Below, piece by piece: positions 46,133 through 50,983 of a stretch of 50,983 nt of DNA (the first letter of the stretch is position 1; every line of letters starts with the position of its first letter). The translations under genes were made by a program, and so were the position numbers. Under the pieces are notes generated by a model that saw only the letters and a program-made list of their open reading frames with translations, was not told where the DNA came from and searched no databases. This stretch comes from a virus: the IMG/VR virus record IMGVR_UViG_3300027509_000004. One strand, 5' to 3'.

Positions 46133-46663
46133 TTACGCTGTTGCGTCCGCTTCTTCACCAGTAACTTCTTCTTCGGCAGGTGTCACCGTAGTGATAGCCG
46201 CTTCAAGAGCCGCAACTTGCGCCGCATCAAACTCTTGCTTACCGTCAGCAGACGCCTTGTTAATACGCTTGAGAAGCGTAGTCAAAGTCTTCTGAATGTC
46301 GATAGGTGTATATGTGGGTTCAGGTTTGAACTCTGTCCACATGACAGCCATAGCGCCGTCCATATCCGTAACTTTATCAGCCGCCGGGATGAACTTAGCA
46401 GTAAGGTCACCCTTAGCTGGAGCCCATACCATCTTGCCGAATGCTTCGAAGTAATTGCGAAGAGCATTAGTACGAGCACCTTTTGGCATCGCCTCGATAA
46501 GTTGAGTAGCGAGGGACGTTTCCGTCACCGCTTCGACGTGTTGGATAATGCTTACCGCAGCAATTTGAATGTCACGGTCTAGCCTTGCGCCACGCCCTTT
46601 GATTGACTTAATAGCTGCTGTAATCGCAACTGCTGTAGTCATTAGTTCCATAGTCTTAGCCAT
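46133..46663 (-). CDS. hypothetical early protein (176 aa), first gene of the leftward arm
   Basis: GGAG lies 8 nt upstream of ATG 46663. A/T/E-rich and helical, with an acidic tail. Confidence 0.5.
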   Translation of the reverse strand: MAKTMELMTTAVAITAAIKSIKGRGARLDRDIQIAAVSIIQHVEAVTETSLATQLIEAMPKGARTNALRNYFEAFGKMVWAPAKGDLTAKFIPAADKVTDMDGAMAVMWTEFKPEPTYTPIDIQKTLTTLLKRINKASADGKQEFDAAQVAALEAAITTVTPAEEEVTGEEADATA

Positions 46664-47841
46664 AGGGTTTCTCCATGTTGGCAGTTAAAAGAACATACCG
46701 ACATCATTACCGATATGCTCTAAGTCACTGCCAATAGGCCATAACTACACTGCTCTTTCAAGCGGCATAGCATAGCCTATCGGTGTAACTCGTGGTGAAT
46801 AGCCACACATGGGGTCTTTACGCAATCCACTGCATTAACACGCATCTATATCAATTTGTTGAAATCCTAATATGTCAGTCACGCTGTAGCACGCAGAATA
46901 AACCATCCCTGTTACGGGCTTGGTTAAAGTCGCACTACATTTGCTGAATTGCTGATAGCCAATATATTCACCGCCTAGACCTATTAAAGCCTAGGTTCTT
47001 GTTTCCAAACGCTATAGTTTGTTGAAGCTCTCCGGCTATAGTTGTTAGCTACCACCTTCCGAATTCAACCCCCACATCTAGCGAAAGTCACCTACACCGA
47101 CTAACCACACCTATTACAAGGGGGCCATTGCGTAAAACAAGCGGGACTATAGCTTGCTATATTGTGCCAAGTTATAAGGGCACTATCCTATCCTTTGCAT
47201 AGTGATTACGGTTCCGAGTTAGCCCGTACATCTTACTAATCCTCGCACCTATGCTAGGCACGAATTGACGCTTTTAACGCCCGCACTAATCCGCACTGTG
47301 TTCTTTGTTACGCATGGCTATCCCGTTCTTTGCGATATAGCGAGACCCCTATCTAAAGGGATTGGCACTATATGGCCCTATTAAGGCAGACTATTCTCAA
47401 GTCCGTCAACATGCGCAAGGCAAAGATTTTGCACTTACGTTTTTAGCTATGGTCAAAAGCCGGGTTTGTCTGGCCCGTCTTTCGATGATTTGAATATGAG
47501 GGAATAAAAGAGGCCTCGCATTGATATAAATCAAACACTCTAATTTTTATTCAAACTTTCTTTAAAAGTGTAGCATTATCAATAGGTTAGGGATGGAATT
47601 ATTTTCAATCTTTTTTATGAGGCGGCTGTTCAAGGGACATTTGCTTAGGATTATATTCATAGCCTAGGTATTGATTCCTATAATAGCCTCCAATGTGGCA
47701 TTCATGGTCTTATTGTTATAATGTAACATTCCCCTTTTTATATTATAATGTATAGGTAGGATTATGATAGATTGCCTCGTATGTAGGCATATAATCCTAT
47801 TCATATCAATCGTATAGGGATTTATTCCTAGGCTGTTAGGG

Positions 47842-47882
47842 TGTCACACTAAAGAGACACTGTTGCAAAAATGTCACACTAA
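47842..47882 (+). repeat. direct repeat of TGTCACACTAA (2 copies, 30 bp apart)
   Basis: Copies at 47842-47852 and 47872-47882. Extended similarity TGTCACACTAA(A)GAG(A)CAC. Confidence 0.7.
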
Positions 47883-47938
47883 GAGCACATGGGTATTAAT
47901 TCCCATTAGAATCATTCTAAGGTCACCAGCAGAACACG

Positions 47939-48007
47939 TTAGGATTCCATTCCTATCCTTAATGTTATAACGTAACATGTGTGGGCCTCATTAGGATTCC
48001 ATTCCTA
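47939..48007 (+). repeat. two exact copies of the pseudo-palindromic box TTAGGATTCCATTCCTA, 52 bp apart
   Basis: Copies at 47939-47955 and 47991-48007. Degenerate relatives (TAGGATTATATTCATA, TAGGTATTGATTCCTA, TAGGGATTTATTCCTA) occur at about 47646-47830. Confidence 0.75.
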
Positions 48008-48113
48008 GGTTTCACCGGGGGGGCATTAAGGGGGGGCCGGGGGCTTCTATTTCTATGAATGGGACACCAAAAATATTACTAACAGAAAATACCTGTAGAA
48101 CGAATGCCTATTA

Positions 48114-48211
48114 AAAGCGGAACCCGCATAGAATCCTTTTGAGACGATTCAAAGCGGAACCTTAAAAGAAATATTCAAGTATTATCATTTTATGCTTGAC
48201 AAAGCGGAACC
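48114..48211 (+). promoter_or_regulatory. three direct copies of AAAGCGGAACC (operator-like), the third inside the spacer of promoter P3
   Basis: Exact 11-mers at 48114-48124, 48151-48161 and 48201-48211. Confidence 0.7.
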
Positions 48212-48224
48212 TTTATGGTATAAT
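48196..48224 (+). promoter_or_regulatory. consensus sigma70-type promoter P3 (TTGACA-17 nt-TATAAT) at the head of the rightward arm
   Basis: TTGACA 48196-48201 and TATAAT 48219-48224, with an AT-rich upstream tract. About 195 nt upstream of the first rightward ORF. Confidence 0.65.
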
Positions 48225-48418
48225 AATCTTATAGAGTATCTTAAACATCCTTCACTAAGTGCAATAAGCTTTAACAAGTTACTTTACTCTAACACATATA
48301 AAGGTTCTTTAAATCCTCTTAAGAACTGTTTAACATCTTAGGATTCTTTAAAGATTCTTATATAAGGAGAAAAAGCATTTCCAAACCCACCTCTGACTTC
48401 TTCAAACCTAAAGGTCAC

Positions 48419-48937
48419 TTGTTAACTGTTCCTCTCTTTTACGAGAGAGCTAAACTGTTTAAGAAGGATACTGATAGGTCTATCTTCTCTATTGATGGTC
48501 GGACTAAGGTTCACCCTGACAATGGTCGAGCATTAGTGGACGCCCAGCGGAGCTACATCCTACTAGAGGATAAAACTGGATACAAATGGTCTCAAGCCTA
48601 TCTAGACTCCTTTGAACACTTTAGTCGTCTCATGGGGGCTACATGGTTCAGAGAACTTAAAGAAGTCTGGGACGCAGAGATTGACGCTAAACTCCAAGCC
48701 AGAGCTATTAAGGCTGTGGTCTCTCTCATGGAAGACCCAGAAGCAGCAGACTCGGTTAAGCTTGCCTCAGCTAAGTATGTAGCAGAGAAAGGTTGGGAGA
48801 GACGTCACAAGGCTTCCGAGAAGGGGAGACCTTCAAAAGCAGACATCGCTAAGGCTGTTAAAGCCAAGACAGAGAAACTCACACAAGAAGACCAAGACAT
48901 GGAACGTATTGGGCTGAAGCTCGTTAAAAATGGATAA
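48419..48937 (+). CDS. hypothetical protein (possible small terminase / DNA-binding protein)
   Basis: First rightward gene, about 600 nt upstream of terL, with a K/E-rich C-terminus. The start is ambiguous: TTG 48419, or ATT 48377 lying 7 nt after AAGGAG. Confidence 0.35.
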   Translation: MLTVPLFYERAKLFKKDTDRSIFSIDGRTKVHPDNGRALVDAQRSYILLEDKTGYKWSQAYLDSFEHFSRLMGATWFRELKEVWDAEIDAKLQARAIKAVVSLMEDPEAADSVKLASAKYVAEKGWERRHKASEKGRPSKADIAKAVKAKTEKLTQEDQDMERIGLKLVKNG

Positions 48938-49154
48938 TGAATATTTCTTCGGGGAGACTGTGTTTCTGACTCCTATTGAATCTCCTATACTAGATTCAAA
49001 AGGGAACCCCTTCATAATGACACGTAAAATAGGATTTGAGATACCAACCGATGGCAACAGGACCCAACTCACAAAAAAATACAGCCGCTCGCAAACGAGC
49101 ACAAGCAAAATACAACCGCAAGCCAGCCCAGAAGAAGAGACGGGCCTCCCGTAA
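48930..49154 (+). CDS. hypothetical ORF (74 aa); the 3' part overlaps the next ORF
   Basis: The ATG overlaps the upstream stop (ATGGATAATGA). Only the first ~45 codons look protein-like. Confidence 0.3.
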   Translation: MDNEYFFGETVFLTPIESPILDSKGNPFIMTRKIGFEIPTDGNRTQLTKKYSRSQTSTSKIQPQASPEEETGLP

Positions 49155-49338
49155 TAAAGCCCGTAGACAGGCTATAAGAGATGGTCGAGCCCGCAAAGGG
49201 GACGGTAAAGATGTCCATCACAAGGATGGGAACCCCCTTAACAACAAGAAGGGGAACACAGCCGTGACCACAAAGAAAGCCAACAGGACTCTTAAGCGGG
49301 ACAAGAACGCAAGGAAGCGTAAAAAGAATGGAAAGTAG
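49036..49338 (+). CDS. basic protein with an HNH-like motif
   Basis: GDGKDVHHKDGNPLNNKKGN resembles the HH..DGN..NN core of HNH nucleases often found beside terminase genes. Extremely K/R-rich. Confidence 0.4.
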   Translation: MRYQPMATGPNSQKNTAARKRAQAKYNRKPAQKKRRASRNKARRQAIRDGRARKGDGKDVHHKDGNPLNNKKGNTAVTTKKANRTLKRDKNARKRKKNGK

Positions 49339-49537
49339 TTCCCCTAGACGAGACGGTGTCATTCAAAAAAGAGCTGAGTTGTGCGCTACCGCCTTATTGG
49401 TAGGTTTGGTAGTCCCTTTTCTTATATGTGCTTTTGTTATACCTTCTCCCAGTTGGTCAGATTTCTTTGGGGTGTTAGGTATAGGAGGGCTCTTCTTTTC
49501 TGTTGTCTCTCTCTGGGCCCTATGGTGGCCTGTGTGA
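49328..49537 (+). CDS. small membrane protein (69 aa, 2 TM)
   Basis: Two hydrophobic helices. The stop overlaps the terL start region. Confidence 0.4.
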   Translation: MESSSPRRDGVIQKRAELCATALLVGLVVPFLICAFVIPSPSWSDFFGVLGIGGLFFSVVSLWALWWPV

Positions 49538-50983
49538 GCGTAGACAATAAAACAGACATTATACGAGAAGCAGCGGAGAACTCTCTTGAGACATTCATTA
49601 CCCTTGTCGCCCCGCACAACGTCATGGGACACGTACATAGGGAGCTCTGCTCTTGGTGGACAAAGGATGACAGCAAAGACGCCCAGCTTGTCTTGCTCCC
49701 CCGTGACCACGGTAAGTCTCGATACCTTGCTTACTGGTGCGCTTGGCAGATTACCAAGAACCCAGCCATCCGTATCCTTTACATATCGGCCACCTCAAAC
49801 TTAGCAGAGAAACAGTTAAAGTTCATCAAGGACATCTTGACCTCTAAGATTTATCGGAGGTACTGGCCGGAAATGATAAATAAGAAAGTGAGTGAACGTG
49901 AGAAGTGGACCAACTCAGAGATTTGTGTGGACCACCCTAAACGGGCTAAAGAAGGTATTCGTGATTCTACTGTATTTACTGGGGGTCTCACTACTTCTCT
50001 TACTGGGCTCCATTGCGATGTCGCAGCCTTGGATGACGTCGTAGTACAAGAGAACGCCCAGACAGAAGAAGGCCGTAACAAGGTTAAAGCTCAATACTCC
50101 CTCCTAGCCTCCATCCAAGGAGCACAAGGAAGAGAGATGGCAGTAGGCACTCGTTACCACCCTCTCGACCTCTACAACGATATGCTCAACATGAATGAAG
50201 ACCTCTACGATGAAGTAGGGGAAGTCATTGGTCAACAAGCTATCTACGAAGTCTTCCAGAGACAAGTAGAAGACCTAGGAGACGGCACAGGAGAATTCCT
50301 TTGGCCTCGCCAACAGAGAGCGGACGGAGCTTGGTTTGGTTTTAATAGACAAATCTTAGCTAAGAAGAGAGGCAAATATCTTGACAGAACCCAGTTCAGG
50401 TCACAATACTACAACGACCCTAATGACACCACTGACGCCCCTGTCGGAAGAGAATACTTCCAATACTACGACAGAAGACACCTCGAACATATCGACGGGT
50501 CGTGGAAAATCAGGACACACAAAGGTGTGGATAGTCGTGTTATTGGTCAGCCTCGTAAGCTTAATCTTGTGGCTTCTGTTGATTTTGCTTATAGTCTCGG
50601 TAAGAGAAGTGATTACACAGCTATTGTCGTTCTAGGGATAGACTCTGAAAGAAACAGATACGTCCTCGATATACGCAGGTTCAAGACCACAAAGATTTCT
50701 GAATATTTTGACCACATCTTAGAGCTCTACAATAAGTGGGGATTTAGAAAACTAATAGCAGAGACTAACGCAGCCCAGAAGGCTATCGTTGACTCTCTCA
50801 AACACGACTATATAAGGCAGTACGGGTTAAACCTTTCTGTCATCGAACACAAGCCAACCAGACACCAAGGCTCTAAAGAGGAACGCTTACAAGCTATCCT
50901 TGAACCAGCTTACCAGAATTTATCTGTATGGCACTATAAGGGAGGCAACTGTCAGACCTTAGAGGAGGAGCTAATACTTAAGT
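49522..50983 (+). CDS. terL: terminase large subunit, N-terminal and central part (ORF open at the window end, continues at 1-279)
   Basis: Own translation: ..LLPRDHGKSRYLAYW (Walker A-like), CDVAALDDVV (Walker B) and ASVDFAYS..YTAIVVLG (RNase H-like nuclease). No stop occurs before 50983. Alternative starts are GTG 49534 and ATG 49426. Confidence 0.85.
   Translation, partial: MVACVSVDNKTDIIREAAENSLETFITLVAPHNVMGHVHRELCSWWTKDDSKDAQLVLLPRDHGKSRYLAYWCAWQITKNPAIRILYISATSNLAEKQLKFIKDILTSKIYRRYWPEMINKKVSEREKWTNSEICVDHPKRAKEGIRDSTVFTGGLTTSLTGLHCDVAALDDVVVQENAQTEEGRNKVKAQYSLLASIQGAQGREMAVGTRYHPLDLYNDMLNMNEDLYDEVGEVIGQQAIYEVFQRQVEDLGDGTGEFLWPRQQRADGAWFGFNRQILAKKRGKYLDRTQFRSQYYNDPNDTTDAPVGREYFQYYDRRHLEHIDGSWKIRTHKGVDSRVIGQPRKLNLVASVDFAYSLGKRSDYTAIVVLGIDSERNRYVLDIRRFKTTKISEYFDHILELYNKWGFRKLIAETNAAQKAIVDSLKHDYIRQYGLNLSVIEHKPTRHQGSKEERLQAILEPAYQNLSVWHYKGGNCQTLEEELILK
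50857..50983. repeat. second copy of the 127-bp junction repeat
   Basis: Identical to 1-127. Confidence 0.95.

Larger units (their letters stand above)
16703..47773 (-). repeat. dispersed strand-specific 9-mer, AATCTATCA on the minus strand (TGATAGATT as written), 12 exact copies
   Basis: Plus-strand coordinates of the copies: 16703, 23953, 31013, 35077, 39166, 41642, 42908, 43921, 44464, 45063, 46033, 47765. No copy in the opposite orientation was found by eye. Confidence 0.8.

Noticed and set aside
46115-46582. 155-aa plus-strand ORF antisense to the first early gene.
   Set aside because: It is entirely the mirror of 46133..46663, is rich in R/S/C/F as is typical of antisense frames, and has no SD or promoter context.
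46664-48418. tRNA genes, a CRISPR array or an attP/integrase module in the ORF-free region.
   Set aside because: I saw no T-loop (GGTTCGAATCC-like) or cloverleaf-compatible segment by eye. The repeats are 11-17 nt with irregular spacing and three different sequences, so they are not CRISPR-like. No integrase or repressor gene was recognised anywhere in the genome. A tool-based scan is still advisable.

Overview
The window is a complete, circularly closed tailed-phage genome. Bases 1-127 are identical to 50857-50983, so the unique length is about 50,856 bp. The large-terminase ORF runs off the right edge and finishes at 279.

The layout is podovirus-like with T7-type module order and has two arms.
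- **Rightward arm** (48.4 kb, through the junction, to 22.1 kb): a possible small terminase, an HNH-motif protein, TerL, portal, scaffold and major capsid. These are followed by an adaptor, a nozzle, three internal/ejection proteins (one with a lytic transglycosylase domain) and a beta-helix tailspike. The arm ends with a lysis cassette: two membrane proteins, an M15 endolysin and an overlapping spanin pair.
- **Leftward arm** (46.66 kb down to 22.58 kb): small early and membrane proteins, then a seven-gene amide-ligase / gamma-glutamyl-enzyme block. The replication and nucleotide module follows: T7 gp4-like primase-helicase, family A DNA polymerase, gp2.5-like SSB, PD-(D/E)XK nuclease, T7-type endonuclease I and a DEDD exonuclease. 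It ends with a type II (R67/DfrB-like) dihydrofolate reductase and a class II-type ribonucleotide reductase.

The arms diverge from a 1.75-kb ORF-free control region (46664-48418) and converge on a bidirectional terminator near 22.18 kb. I did not recognise a phage RNA polymerase, integrase, tRNA or CRISPR array.

Most notable observations:
- the uncharacterised ligase/hydrolase block at 35.1-41.7 kb;
- a 9-mer (TGATAGATT) present 12 times on one strand and never on the other;
- the phage-borne DfrB-type DHFR;
- three near-identical perfect sigma70-type promoters, one of them antisense inside the ligase block;
- dense operator-like repeats in the control region.

All functional calls rest on motif reading by eye and on gene order. 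No database search was possible.
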